Below are positions 19,214 to 29,611 of a DNA stretch of 64,000 bases, one piece after another (position 1 is the stretch's first letter; every line of letters starts with the position of its first letter). This stretch comes from Candidatus Heimdallarchaeota archaeon (lineage in GTDB: Archaea > Asgardarchaeota > Heimdallarchaeia > Heimdallarchaeales > Heimdallarchaeaceae): assembly GCA_019057815.1 (NCBI GenBank), contig JAHLWR010000009.1, positions 76,403 through 140,402 on the forward strand, given 5' to 3'. The notes beneath the pieces are model-generated. The model saw nothing but the letters and a program-made list of their open reading frames with translations. It made no database searches and had not been told where the DNA came from. Both the position numbers and the translations under genes were made by a program.

Positions 19214-20017
19214 ATGAAATATCACAACCCTAATGATAGAATCCGAATTTACAAGCCTTTATACAAATTTCTCAGTATTTTAAATGATGACTTAGAGTAT
19301 GAAATTGAAGAAGGTAAGTACGATTTCATCATCTTGGATTCTCCAACTACTCATACAAAAAAATCCATCTTAGAAGCTATGCCTTGCCCTATTAAGAGAT
19401 TTATAACTATAGCACTGACAGCAAAGAAGATGGTAGAAGAAAATGAGGTTGACGAGAGAAACATTTTATTTTCACTATCAAAAGTTCCATACTATCTCTT
19501 TCCTGAGTTTAATGAAGAAAATGCAGAACTTTATTCTCAAGCAGAAGCAGAGGAGGCAGAAGAGTTTCTGAATAATTTCTTGAAAATTCTTCCTCAATAT
19601 ACTCCAAGGTTTGATAATAACGTTTCAATTATATTGAAACTGGAATATTATATCAACTCTTATCTATATTTTGCATACTCAATGAATGAGAGCAGATTTC
19701 CATACGGGAGTGATTTTTATGATTTTCTGAGTTTCATGATCCACGAATTTTATTCTATTTTGAAACCCCAAGTAGACATTCCTGAGAAGGAACTTCATTT
19801 GCTGTGTTCAACGTTGAAAACTTATATAGATTATAGAGTAATTCTCTACATATTTGATCATTATCCTGAGCAAGCTTCAGAGTTAACCTTCGTTTTGAAT
19901 AACATCAAAAATTTACAACTAAGTAAATCTGAAAAAGAGTTACTACATGAGTATCTCAGCGATACAATTTTAATAAATAAAAAAGATAAGCAAAAATTAT
20001 TATTTTCTCTTTCTTAA
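19214..20017 (+). CDS. Hypothetical protein
   Basis: 267-aa ORF 8 bp after the previous gene; no recognised motif. Confidence 0.65.
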   Translation: MKYHNPNDRIRIYKPLYKFLSILNDDLEYEIEEGKYDFIILDSPTTHTKKSILEAMPCPIKRFITIALTAKKMVEENEVDERNILFSLSKVPYYLFPEFNEENAELYSQAEAEEAEEFLNNFLKILPQYTPRFDNNVSIILKLEYYINSYLYFAYSMNESRFPYGSDFYDFLSFMIHEFYSILKPQVDIPEKELHLLCSTLKTYIDYRVILYIFDHYPEQASELTFVLNNIKNLQLSKSEKELLHEYLSDTILINKKDKQKLLFSLS

Positions 20018-20083
20018 TTTTATTTTCCATAATTTTTATGAAACCACCCCTACCTCAAATGAGCGGACTTCTGCTATGTTCAG

Positions 20084-21298
20084 CTAAATAATCAGCAGAA
20101 ATATCAAAACCAAAGATGTTGTTGTTATTAAATCTGCTGTTGAACTTAAGATTGGAATTACAAGGTTATCAGGGTCTAATCTAAAACGATAAGTTAGAAA
20201 TGCAGAAGTCATTGCAAGAATTCCTACAAGAGAGAAAGCAATAATATTTGTAATTATTAAGACTAATAAAAATTTAAAATAAAAGACAGCAGTAAAATCT
20301 GAAGATATCATTAAAAACCCTAAAATACTGATTATAGCACTAATAATTAACCCTGATGACATGATACCTGCAAAGGGGATATAGAATTCATCAGTTTTAA
20401 GGTATTTAACATTAGGTTTGAAATTTCCAAGATGCAATTTAGTAGTAGTTGTATTTGCTAAAACTGATCCCTATCCTCCCACTGTACTAAGTATGGCAGG
20501 ATAAACAACCAATAAGATAGGAGAAGTCCGAATAATTTCTCTAAATAAGGTTAAAACACTTCCTGTTCCAGCTGCAATTATATTCGTAAAGGTCAAAGTA
20601 GGTAAAGCTTGCTTTACGCTTTCTCTGATGAAATCATTCTTTCTATGCTTGATTATTAGGAAAGTTGTTACACTTAATATTAAAACAATTAATGGAAGCC
20701 CAAGATAATAATGTAAATTCGTTTTCCAAGGTCGATATAGAAAGCAGATTGAAAAGAAAACTAGTGTTATAATAATATCATTCACTGATGACATTATTGG
20801 ATAAACATACACATCTGGATCTCCATTTTTTCTGAATATCCAGAAAGTAATTGTAAAAGTTAATATTAATGAAATCATAGATCCTATAATGAACGTTGTC
20901 ATTGATATTGCCAAAATAGTAAAGAAATTGCATTGTATTCCCATTAAAGTTGATACGAGTGTAGCAACAATTCCTACAAGGATAGAATCATAGACGGAAA
21001 TGATAACTATCAAAATGATAAGATGTTGAAATCTATCTGTATTTCTCCTAAAAGAAGGTTTTAAACTTCCTAGGTGTAACCCAGAACCTAGTTTACCTGT
21101 TAATATACCATTTATATCTCCTCTAACTGTAAGCATCAACGGGTATATAATGAAAACCCATCCTATATATTCATAAATATCATTTAATAAAACAGCTGCT
21201 CTTCCAGCAAACAATCCTCCAACATTGAAGATCATTCCCATTAGCACGGATAAAGTAAATGTACTATAGCGTGAAAACTTGGAAATGTTGGAAGCCAT
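20084..21298 (-). pseudogene. mgtE: MgtE/SLC41-type divalent-cation transporter interrupted by one in-frame TAG (20471-20473)
   Basis: Two MgtE membrane repeats (YP...RGDINGIL...LHLG with GDPD; YP...VGG*GSVL...KLHLG with LDPDN). The two ORF-track pieces are in the same frame. Confidence 0.8.
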
Positions 21299-21371
21299 AT
21301 ACACAAAGAGAAAAATATTTCTTAATAAATCTAATCGTCACAAATAAAGTAAGAAAAGAAAGATTGGGAGA

Positions 21372-21734
21372 TTAATCTTGACGTAAACCCAGTTTTTCAA
21401 TAATTTCAATTCTTCTTTTTGCCAAATGGAAGAACATTTCAGATATTTCTTTGGTTTTGCTTAAATCAGGATCAAAAATTAACAAATCCTTATAGTATTT
21501 AGAAATGGGAAGATCAGTTGATGCAAATTCTTCTGCTAGATATTTTGCTTCCTTATAATCTTGATTCATAAGATGATAAGAGAATAGTAAGTTTTTATGC
21601 GCTTTAAGATCTTCAATAGGTATCAAGTCCAAATTTATCAGAAGTATCCAGGAGAGAATATCAAATAATTTAGGTTCACATTTATCGCAAATCTTCTTTA
21701 AATCGACATATCTATCTTCAGTTACAGTACTCAT
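21372..21734 (-). CDS. Hypothetical protein
   Basis: 120-aa ORF with SD-like GTGA; contains one CxxC. Confidence 0.65.
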   Translation of the reverse strand: MSTVTEDRYVDLKKICDKCEPKLFDILSWILLINLDLIPIEDLKAHKNLLFSYHLMNQDYKEAKYLAEEFASTDLPISKYYKDLLIFDPDLSKTKEISEMFFHLAKRRIEIIEKLGLRQD

Positions 21735-21774
21735 GGTATCACAACCAAATATAAATTACAGAAAATTTACCTAC

Positions 21775-22986
21775 TTAAATATTTTCGCCTTTACAAGTGG
21801 CTTTTTCTCCCTTCTCTTCTTTTTCATCATAGTCATTCTTATCTTTTTTTGTTTTGAATATTCGTAAACTTACAAAATATACTGGTAATACATACGCTAC
21901 TGCCCATACAATATCTATCAGGTAGTGATGATTCAACCATAAAGCTGAAAACCACATTCCTATAGGCCATAAGAGTACAATGTAACCTACTCTTCTCCAT
22001 TTTCTTATTGCAAAAAAAGCTACTATCAATGCATAAGCGCTATGGATACTTGGAACAGCTGCATATTGATTTGAGCTAAGAGCTCCATAAAGAGTCTGAA
22101 ATATAGCTAAACCTGATAATTTATCTAGATCGAGTAATCCAGCAGCACTTCCTTCTTCTCCTGGTAAGGGTGCTACGAAATTAAAACCGTTTCCTTCGTT
22201 CCAAACATACCAAGGGGCTGCTGTTGGAAAAAGTATGAAGGTTATATAAGCGATATGTGATGTGAAAAACATAGTATAGACAAACCGCTTGAACTCAGTT
22301 TTATCTTCTACTTTCCTATACAAAAACACACCAATAACTAGTGGTCCAGTAAAATGATTAGCATAAAATATCCCTGCAAGTATATTCAAGAATTTAACTA
22401 AATTTGTTTGTGTTTCCACAAAAACTATAGGTCCTGTTCGATTGATTAAATTAAGGACATTTACATATTCTAGAAAACCTTCTTCTGGTCTAATCTGTTT
22501 GAATTCCATGAAAGTAAAAGGGATGATGTCTTCTCCCATAAACCAGCCAGTTAACCATACTTCCATATCAAATACTTCTTTAACATATACTCGATGAGCT
22601 AAAGAGTCAGTTATTACTCTTAACATATCGTAACTTATCCATATTAAGATAAAAGGTCCCCAGTAAAGGATGAATTTTCTAGCATCTCCAAAAAACACTG
22701 CAAGAATTAAGCAAGAAACAAGAGCATGATCAATACGAAAACCCATAAGGAAAACAGCTAATAATAGATAAACAATGACTATAATAATACCAAAAAAACG
22801 CATGTACATCTTTTGTTTCTTTATATCTAGATTACTCCACCATATTTCAGTTCTCTCGTAAGGATATTTGATTTTCTGAAAGAAAGTTAGGGCAACACCA
22901 TCTTGTTTTATATCAGTGTCTAAACCATTAGAATTAGAATCTTCACGAAGTTGAGTAGATGGTTCTTCTATTAAAGTGTCTTCCAT
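21775..22986 (-). CDS. Aur1/Ipt1-like PAP2 phosphotransferase (inositol-phosphorylceramide-synthase-like)
   Basis: FPTAAPWY, GSAAGL, YAAVPSIHSAY and WFSALWLNHHYLID match Aur1-type domains. ORF open from 23037. Confidence 0.8.
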   Translation of the reverse strand: MEDTLIEEPSTQLREDSNSNGLDTDIKQDGVALTFFQKIKYPYERTEIWWSNLDIKKQKMYMRFFGIIIVIVYLLLAVFLMGFRIDHALVSCLILAVFFGDARKFILYWGPFILIWISYDMLRVITDSLAHRVYVKEVFDMEVWLTGWFMGEDIIPFTFMEFKQIRPEEGFLEYVNVLNLINRTGPIVFVETQTNLVKFLNILAGIFYANHFTGPLVIGVFLYRKVEDKTEFKRFVYTMFFTSHIAYITFILFPTAAPWYVWNEGNGFNFVAPLPGEEGSAAGLLDLDKLSGLAIFQTLYGALSSNQYAAVPSIHSAYALIVAFFAIRKWRRVGYIVLLWPIGMWFSALWLNHHYLIDIVWAVAYVLPVYFVSLRIFKTKKDKNDYDEKEEKGEKATCKGENI

Positions 22987-23149
22987 GCTGTTCAGAGTTA
23001 CTGTAATGCTCCCATACTTAAGATAATCGAAAGACATTCAATATTTTCTTCTATTACACTTTTTATGTACTATCGAATAGAAGTATATCATCTTAAAATC
23101 AGAGTATTGATACAGAATCTTTTTTACTATTGTCAACCACTACCATTTC

Positions 23150-24724
23150 ATGAGGATTGTCGTAATCTCTGACACTCACATTGGAGGAAGATTCGACGAA
23201 ATGGTCTTTTACGATGGAGTAAAAATCGTTAATTCGTTAAAATGTGATTATTTAATACATTGTGGTGATCTAACAAACGATGGCACCTTAGCACAATACG
23301 AAGTCGCTAAATTATATCTAGAAACAATTACCAAAAAACCTTTTTTAATTGTTCCTGGTAATCACGATACTAAGAACGTTGGAGATTTACTTTGGGAGGA
23401 AATGATAGGACCTAGATATTTTGTACATGTGGATAATAAGAACAAAGTTAAAATTCTTGGTTTGGATTCTACTGAACCTGATAGTAACACTGGACGCATG
23501 GGTCCAAAAGGAATTAAACGAATCTATGAAGAATTCGGAGAATTGCCCGAGTATTGGTTGAAGGTTCTTGTTTTTCATCACCAAACATTACCTATTCCAT
23601 ATACTGGAAGAGAAAGAAGTGCTATTAATGATGCTGGTGATGCAGTTAAAGCTATTCTAGATTGCAATATTCATATTGTTATTAATGGTCATAGGCATAT
23701 CAGTAATGTTTACAAGATGTCAGATGGAGCTTTACAAGCGTGGATTGTCAATTGTGGAACGCTTTCCTGCAAAAAGACAAGATACCGTGAAGGGTATTCA
23801 ATGTCAGTTATTGATGTAAATAGAGCGAAGAACAATTTGATTATTCGATCAATCATTCTCAAACATGATTCAACTAAAGAAAAGATATCCTTTAACGGTA
23901 AATTTCAAGAAGTTATACCACCTATGACGAAGGAACCTTGGGTTTCTTTAATCCAAATCGGAAATACTGACGTTTCAGCTGGAATGTTCAATACTAGAAT
24001 CTTTGATAAAGCAGTTAATATAATAAACAGTCAGGAAACAGATCTGCTTATACATTGTGGAGAAGTTACAGCTTCTTCCCATCTTTATGAATTTGAACTA
24101 GCTAAGGAGTTACTAGACCAAATTGATCATAAAAAGCTAATTGTTCCAGGAGTAAAAGATGCTTATCCTTTAGGATATGAGCTCTTTCCTGAATTTATAG
24201 GTGAAATGAATCCTTCATTTGTTGATGACAAACTACATATTTTGGGTTACAATAGTTGCATAATTGACGAGAAAGAAGGCAGATTAGGTAGAGGAAACGC
24301 TCGTGAAATTGTCGAAAAACTAGCAACAAACTCGAAAATAGGTGTAGTTGTTTTTAATCATACTATTATTCCTCTACCAAGGACTAAACATGACTCGGAG
24401 TTAATGGATGCAGGAGACGTTCTTGCATCATTAGTTAACAATAGAATAAATTTAGTGTTAACTGGAGCAAAAAACAGAGCGGGTTGTTGGCAGGTAGGTG
24501 ATACCGTTTTTGCAAATGTAGGAACTTTGAGTAGCTATAACCTAACGACTAGAGCAGGAAATAGTTTTAATATGATCAACATTTTCAAGACAGACATTGG
24601 TCATTATTATGAAATTGATGAGTATCTGCTTGAGGTGAATAAAAAGCGTAATATAGGTAATTTTCATGTTTCTGACACTGTTGAACCCATGCAAGCACTA
24701 AGGAAACTGAAATATGAAGTTTAA
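23150..24724 (+). CDS. Tandem calcineurin-like metallophosphoesterase, second domain degenerate
   Basis: Domain 1: DTH, GD, GNHD, HH, GHRH. Domain 2: NTD, GE, GVKD, NH, GAKN. Confidence 0.88.
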   Translation: MRIVVISDTHIGGRFDEMVFYDGVKIVNSLKCDYLIHCGDLTNDGTLAQYEVAKLYLETITKKPFLIVPGNHDTKNVGDLLWEEMIGPRYFVHVDNKNKVKILGLDSTEPDSNTGRMGPKGIKRIYEEFGELPEYWLKVLVFHHQTLPIPYTGRERSAINDAGDAVKAILDCNIHIVINGHRHISNVYKMSDGALQAWIVNCGTLSCKKTRYREGYSMSVIDVNRAKNNLIIRSIILKHDSTKEKISFNGKFQEVIPPMTKEPWVSLIQIGNTDVSAGMFNTRIFDKAVNIINSQETDLLIHCGEVTASSHLYEFELAKELLDQIDHKKLIVPGVKDAYPLGYELFPEFIGEMNPSFVDDKLHILGYNSCIIDEKEGRLGRGNAREIVEKLATNSKIGVVVFNHTIIPLPRTKHDSELMDAGDVLASLVNNRINLVLTGAKNRAGCWQVGDTVFANVGTLSSYNLTTRAGNSFNMINIFKTDIGHYYEIDEYLLEVNKKRNIGNFHVSDTVEPMQALRKLKYEV

Positions 24725-24787
24725 AATAAAATTTGTTTGTATTTTACAAAAATCTTTATTTATAATAAATGGGTAAACAGTAATTTA

Positions 24788-26071
24788 ATGGAAACAAAAA
24801 TAAGCAATCACGAAAATAAAAATCCCTTTCCAGTAAAATTCAATAATATATCAGAGGAGTTTAAACCTTGGAAAGATGAAGCAGAGAAAAGAATCTTCTC
24901 TTTAGCAGCAGGGAAAAGAATTTCAAATATAGCTTTAGCAGTCATGAAAATAGGTTTTGGAAAGATTCTCTATGCAGCTAATGAACTAGGAGCTGATTTT
25001 GAAAAAGATAAACCTTACGTTATTTTTGCACCTGATGGGACTATATCTTTAAACAAAGAGAGAACTAAAAGAGGTTTCTCTTATGGATGTAATGTTCGAG
25101 CAGATTTTGGTGGAATGATTGCGACATGTAATAGTATGCCAAACGCTTGTGGTTATACTTTCAGCGAGTTGATAGATAAACAAGATGATACTACTCTAAA
25201 AACTTGGTTGAAACAGAAACAGCTAGAACTAGGTAAAGAGTATATGCCACAATTGGGAAAAGGAAATCATTTTACAGCTGTTTATAGAGTAAGAGATATT
25301 TTGACTGGAGAAGATACTGGAAGAAGATTCGTAATGGTTCATAGCAGTGGGGGGTTAGGATCAGAATATCTATACAACTTGACATGGTTAAAAGAAGAGG
25401 AAGGATATCATGAAGTTGAAACTCCTCATGGCTCTATCTCTTTTCTAGAAGGAGAAGCTAAGAAAAGATATCTTAAGATTTATCAAGAAGGGGATAAGAA
25501 AAACGAAGAATACAGGAAAATAGTAATGAATAAACATTTTGGCAAGAAAACTTACAAAATTCTGGAAACAATTACACATCAAGGATTATCGAAAGACGGG
25601 CGCTATCATATGTTAGGTATACAAATCCATCAAGGGTTACTTCCTATTGCTTTCAACCCAGAAGAGGGAATACTAGTTGCAAAACCGAGACCGAATTTAA
25701 CTAGAGAATTTATTGATACTTGGGAGTACAAAGAAGAAGTGGAAGCTCTAGATTTGTATAGCGAATTAACTAAAATTGATTTCTGCCCTCATGGTGGAGG
25801 TTATGAATTTAAAGTTCCTATTGAAGGATTTGAGATGTTCTTAAGTCCTGAAGGAATAGAGAGTCTAAAAGTTCATACTTTAACACCAAAAGGTAAAAAG
25901 AAAGAACTCAGTGCGAATTATTTCCGCGAAATAAGAGAATTCTTAGCATTTAGACGAAAACTTCCTCTGATGAGAGAAGTATACAGAGCAGGCTTAGCTG
26001 AACCTATCTTTGATTTAACTCCTCTTATGCAAGTTTACCCCTTAGTTAGTATTGTTGGAGGAACTCTATAG
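24788..26071 (+). CDS. Highly divergent RtcB-like ligase
   Basis: RtcB motifs in order: APD, GFSYG, NACG, QLGKGNHF, MVHSSG, THQG, CPHGGG. ORF open from 24737. Confidence 0.72.
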   Translation: METKISNHENKNPFPVKFNNISEEFKPWKDEAEKRIFSLAAGKRISNIALAVMKIGFGKILYAANELGADFEKDKPYVIFAPDGTISLNKERTKRGFSYGCNVRADFGGMIATCNSMPNACGYTFSELIDKQDDTTLKTWLKQKQLELGKEYMPQLGKGNHFTAVYRVRDILTGEDTGRRFVMVHSSGGLGSEYLYNLTWLKEEEGYHEVETPHGSISFLEGEAKKRYLKIYQEGDKKNEEYRKIVMNKHFGKKTYKILETITHQGLSKDGRYHMLGIQIHQGLLPIAFNPEEGILVAKPRPNLTREFIDTWEYKEEVEALDLYSELTKIDFCPHGGGYEFKVPIEGFEMFLSPEGIESLKVHTLTPKGKKKELSANYFREIREFLAFRRKLPLMREVYRAGLAEPIFDLTPLMQVYPLVSIVGGTL

Positions 26072-26121
26072 AAAATTTGTGAATTAATAAAATCACAACA
26101 ATAATTAAAATGGGTTAAAAG

Positions 26122-26874
26122 ATGACTAACTATAAAAGACCTTGGAATATTGCTCATCGAGGTTCTTCAGGAGAATATCCTGAAAATACTCTCTCGGCTT
26201 TTTGGAGTGCTGTAAACTCGAATGCAGATATCATTGAAATGGATTTACAACTAACAGCTGATAATCAAGTAGTTGTTTTTCATGATAGAACAGTAGATAG
26301 AATCTTTAAATTGAAATCTGGAAAAAGTATTAGAGATTTTAATCTCAAGAAACTTAAGGGGTTAGATGTAGGTTCATGGTTCGTTCCTTCATTTGAAGGC
26401 TTAAAAATTCCTACTCTTAATGAAGTTTTAGAAGAATTACCTGAAGACATTTCATTAATATTAGAAATAAAGGGAAAAGAGGATGCTCTTTTTGAAAGAA
26501 TTCTCAACATGCTTGATGACTATGAAAGAAAGCTCGGTTTGGGTTATATATCTGTTAGAGATGAGTTAACGTTGACAAATGTAAGAAATTGGAATAACAC
26601 CCACAAAATTGGTTTAATGCAGAAAAAGAGATCACCAGCTGAATTATTCAACGTTGTAGATGAGTTTATTGTTGAAATCATACAAATTAGATGGAAAAAA
26701 TGGCAAGAAAACGATTGGAATGAATTAGAAAAAAGGAAACTTGTAGTTACAGCCTTTTATGCAGATAAAAATGCAGATTACGAATTCTTATGTTCAAGAA
26801 AAGTTAACGGGATTTTTACCAATTTTCCATCGAGACTTACTGAATTTCTTAATAATCATAGAGCTAAAATGTAA
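26122..26874 (+). CDS. Glycerophosphodiester phosphodiesterase (GDPD)
   Basis: AHRG, PENT, EMD, HD, EIK and GIFTNFP motifs. Confidence 0.92.
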   Translation: MTNYKRPWNIAHRGSSGEYPENTLSAFWSAVNSNADIIEMDLQLTADNQVVVFHDRTVDRIFKLKSGKSIRDFNLKKLKGLDVGSWFVPSFEGLKIPTLNEVLEELPEDISLILEIKGKEDALFERILNMLDDYERKLGLGYISVRDELTLTNVRNWNNTHKIGLMQKKRSPAELFNVVDEFIVEIIQIRWKKWQENDWNELEKRKLVVTAFYADKNADYEFLCSRKVNGIFTNFPSRLTEFLNNHRAKM

Positions 26875-26936
26875 ATTTATGTTCTACTTTTTAAGGTAAT
26901 TATTAGGATTTTTGATTTTGAATTAGAAAGCTAATT

Positions 26937-29480
26937 TTAAGCTTTTTTAAGTTCTATCTCGAAAATTGTCCCTTTTGGTAGATTATTCTTAACTTTAATT
27001 GAACCTCCATATTGATCTATTGTCTTTTTGACAATATAAAGACCAAGTCCTGTTCCTGCAGTAGATCCAAATCTGAAACCATGTTCAAATAATTTCTTCT
27101 TGAAATCGTCAGGTATCCCTTTACCACTATCAGCAATCTCTATAACACAGCTATCTTTTGATGAATTTATTGTTATTGAAATTGTATCCGTTTCAGAGTG
27201 TTTTAAAGCATTCCCAACAATATTATCAATTACGGATCCTAGTGCAACATCTGCCTGAGCAATTCCTTTTCCTTTAAGATCGAATTGAATACCTATGCCT
27301 GCATAATTTGAGATAACCTCTTCAGTAATATTCCTTACGTCAACTTTCACCAATTCCCTATCTCCTTTGGTGATAATTTCTTCCACTTCTTTCATTTTAT
27401 CGATTAGATTTTCACTTTTAGTAGTAGTTTTTTTTGCCATGTGTAAAAACGATTCTTTATTACTATCTAGAAAAGCATCAATAGATCCATTGGTGACAAC
27501 TAGGTTATTTCTAATATCATGTCGCAATATTGTATTAATAACTTTCAATTGCTCATTTAATTCGTTTATTTTTTTGTAAGCTTCTTCTTTTTCTCTTTCA
27601 TTTTTCTCTCTATCAGTAATATCTTCTATCAATCTAATAAGGTTTGATGGTTTATCGACTGCAGTGTAAAGTTGCCATATGGTTACTTTGACAGGAATAA
27701 GCGATCCATCTTTTTTGATATATATTTTTTCAATTTCTCCAACAGATATCTCTTTATTGAAAAATTTTTGAGTGAGTTCTCTAGTCTTTACTTTATGTTC
27801 TTCTGGAGTGATATCTTCTAATTTTGTGTCTAACAATTCTTTTGTAGAGTAACCTAGCATCTTAATTAAGGCTGGATTAACTCTTAATATTTTTCCTTCA
27901 TTATCTTCAAGCGAGTACCCAAATGGTGAGTTGTTAATTACTGATAGTAGAAGTTCTTCACTTTCCTCAAGGGCTATTTCTGCTTTTTTTCTTTCTGCTA
28001 TGTCTTTAAATGTAGTAATAAGCCTTCTCTCTCCAGTTACACTTTGTCCAACAACAGAGCTGAGAGAACACCAAAAAACACTTCCATCTTTCCTCTGTTT
28101 TTGACAAACCAACTCTTGTACTTTTCCTTCTATTTCAAGCTGTTCAACAAATGCTTTTCTGTCCTTCTGATCATAATAGAACTCCTTAGCATTAGTCTGT
28201 AGGAATGCTTCTTTCGACTCTAATCCAAGCATCTTCCATAGAACTGAATTTGCATCAATAATATTCCCCTCAAAATCAGAAAGTGCAATTCCAATTGGCA
28301 CACCTTCCATAATATGGCTGATTCTTTGTTCGGATTCTTTCAATCTTTTTTCGGTTTTTTTTCCTTCAGTTATGTCGATAAATGAGGACATCATGTTGAT
28401 AGGAACACCTTCCTCATCAAAAACCATACTTGTTGAGAGTTGTATATCGAAGAGTGTTTCATCCTTTTTTTTAGCAACCAACTCTCCTATCCATTTACCT
28501 TGTGTCTGTAATAATCTTATGATCTTATCAGCTTCACCATTGGTATCATACCAGAATTCTAAAAGATGTCTTCCTAGTACTTCTGTCTTATCACTAAATC
28601 CCCACATTTCTAAAAATGTAAGATTGATATAAGTCAGCCTACCCTCAAGATCTGTAATAACTATCGCATTAATTGAAGTAGCAATGGCTTGATTTTTTAG
28701 TCTTAATTCCTTTTCAGTTTTCTTTCTTGTTGTAATATCTTCAAAAATAACTGCAAAATGATCTTTTTCTGGGGAATAAGCAGATATTGAATACCATTTT
28801 TTTGTCGTTTTAAAGAACATATCAGACTGCAGTTTTTTTCCAAATTTAGCTACTTCACCAAACTTTTGAATTAAGTTATTTTCACCACTTGCAATCATAG
28901 GGAATATTTTAGTAACTTTTTTTCCGATTATTTCTTTACTTGTCAGATTCAAGATTTTCTCATAACTATGATTGACTCTTAAGAATTCAAAATCGATAGG
29001 TTTTCCGTCCTCATCATAAATCATTTTATGATAAGCAAAAGCGCTGGACATCTCAGAGAATAATAGTCTATATTTTTCATCACTTAATTTTTGCTCTTCC
29101 TCTACTTGTTTTCTTTTACTTATATCTCTTCCAACGGTTAAAATAAACCTCTCTTTATCAATCTCAATCAATTTACTTCGAAATTCTATTTCTAGAATAG
29201 AACCATCTTTACATATTAACTCTAATTCTTCTTGGAGTTGGCCTTTTTTGAGAATATTCTTCCTCAACTTCTCTAGTCTACTTCTATGTTTAGAGGATGC
29301 TATTTCAAATATCTTTTTCTTTCCTAACTCCTCTTCAGAATAACCAAGACTATCAATAGCTTTTTTGTTTGAGAAAATTATAGAAGATTCTTCATTTATA
29401 AAAAAAATTACATCGTTTGAGTTATTAAAACATTCATTGATCATGTATTGAAATTCATTGGAAAAAGATTCAGAACTCAT
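26937..29480 (-). CDS. Soluble multi-PAS histidine kinase
   Basis: About five PAS/PAC repeats; RHDIRN H-box, NALKH, DSGKG and GTGLGL; no TM segment. Confidence 0.92.
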   Translation of the reverse strand: MSSESFSNEFQYMINECFNNSNDVIFFINEESSIIFSNKKAIDSLGYSEEELGKKKIFEIASSKHRSRLEKLRKNILKKGQLQEELELICKDGSILEIEFRSKLIEIDKERFILTVGRDISKRKQVEEEQKLSDEKYRLLFSEMSSAFAYHKMIYDEDGKPIDFEFLRVNHSYEKILNLTSKEIIGKKVTKIFPMIASGENNLIQKFGEVAKFGKKLQSDMFFKTTKKWYSISAYSPEKDHFAVIFEDITTRKKTEKELRLKNQAIATSINAIVITDLEGRLTYINLTFLEMWGFSDKTEVLGRHLLEFWYDTNGEADKIIRLLQTQGKWIGELVAKKKDETLFDIQLSTSMVFDEEGVPINMMSSFIDITEGKKTEKRLKESEQRISHIMEGVPIGIALSDFEGNIIDANSVLWKMLGLESKEAFLQTNAKEFYYDQKDRKAFVEQLEIEGKVQELVCQKQRKDGSVFWCSLSSVVGQSVTGERRLITTFKDIAERKKAEIALEESEELLLSVINNSPFGYSLEDNEGKILRVNPALIKMLGYSTKELLDTKLEDITPEEHKVKTRELTQKFFNKEISVGEIEKIYIKKDGSLIPVKVTIWQLYTAVDKPSNLIRLIEDITDREKNEREKEEAYKKINELNEQLKVINTILRHDIRNNLVVTNGSIDAFLDSNKESFLHMAKKTTTKSENLIDKMKEVEEIITKGDRELVKVDVRNITEEVISNYAGIGIQFDLKGKGIAQADVALGSVIDNIVGNALKHSETDTISITINSSKDSCVIEIADSGKGIPDDFKKKLFEHGFRFGSTAGTGLGLYIVKKTIDQYGGSIKVKNNLPKGTIFEIELKKA

Positions 29481-29611
29481 TTTACTTACTCCTCTGATAT
29501 AATTATCTACAAATTAATTCTCCACTCTATTATATATATATTATTTTACAATAGTATAGAAAAAAGCTCAACTGAACATAGTAGAAGTTCACTTACTTAA
29601 GGTAGGTTAGT

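Noticed and set aside
20084-20437. Separate 117-aa membrane protein
   Set aside because: It is the in-frame C-terminal part of the MgtE-like gene beyond the TAG.
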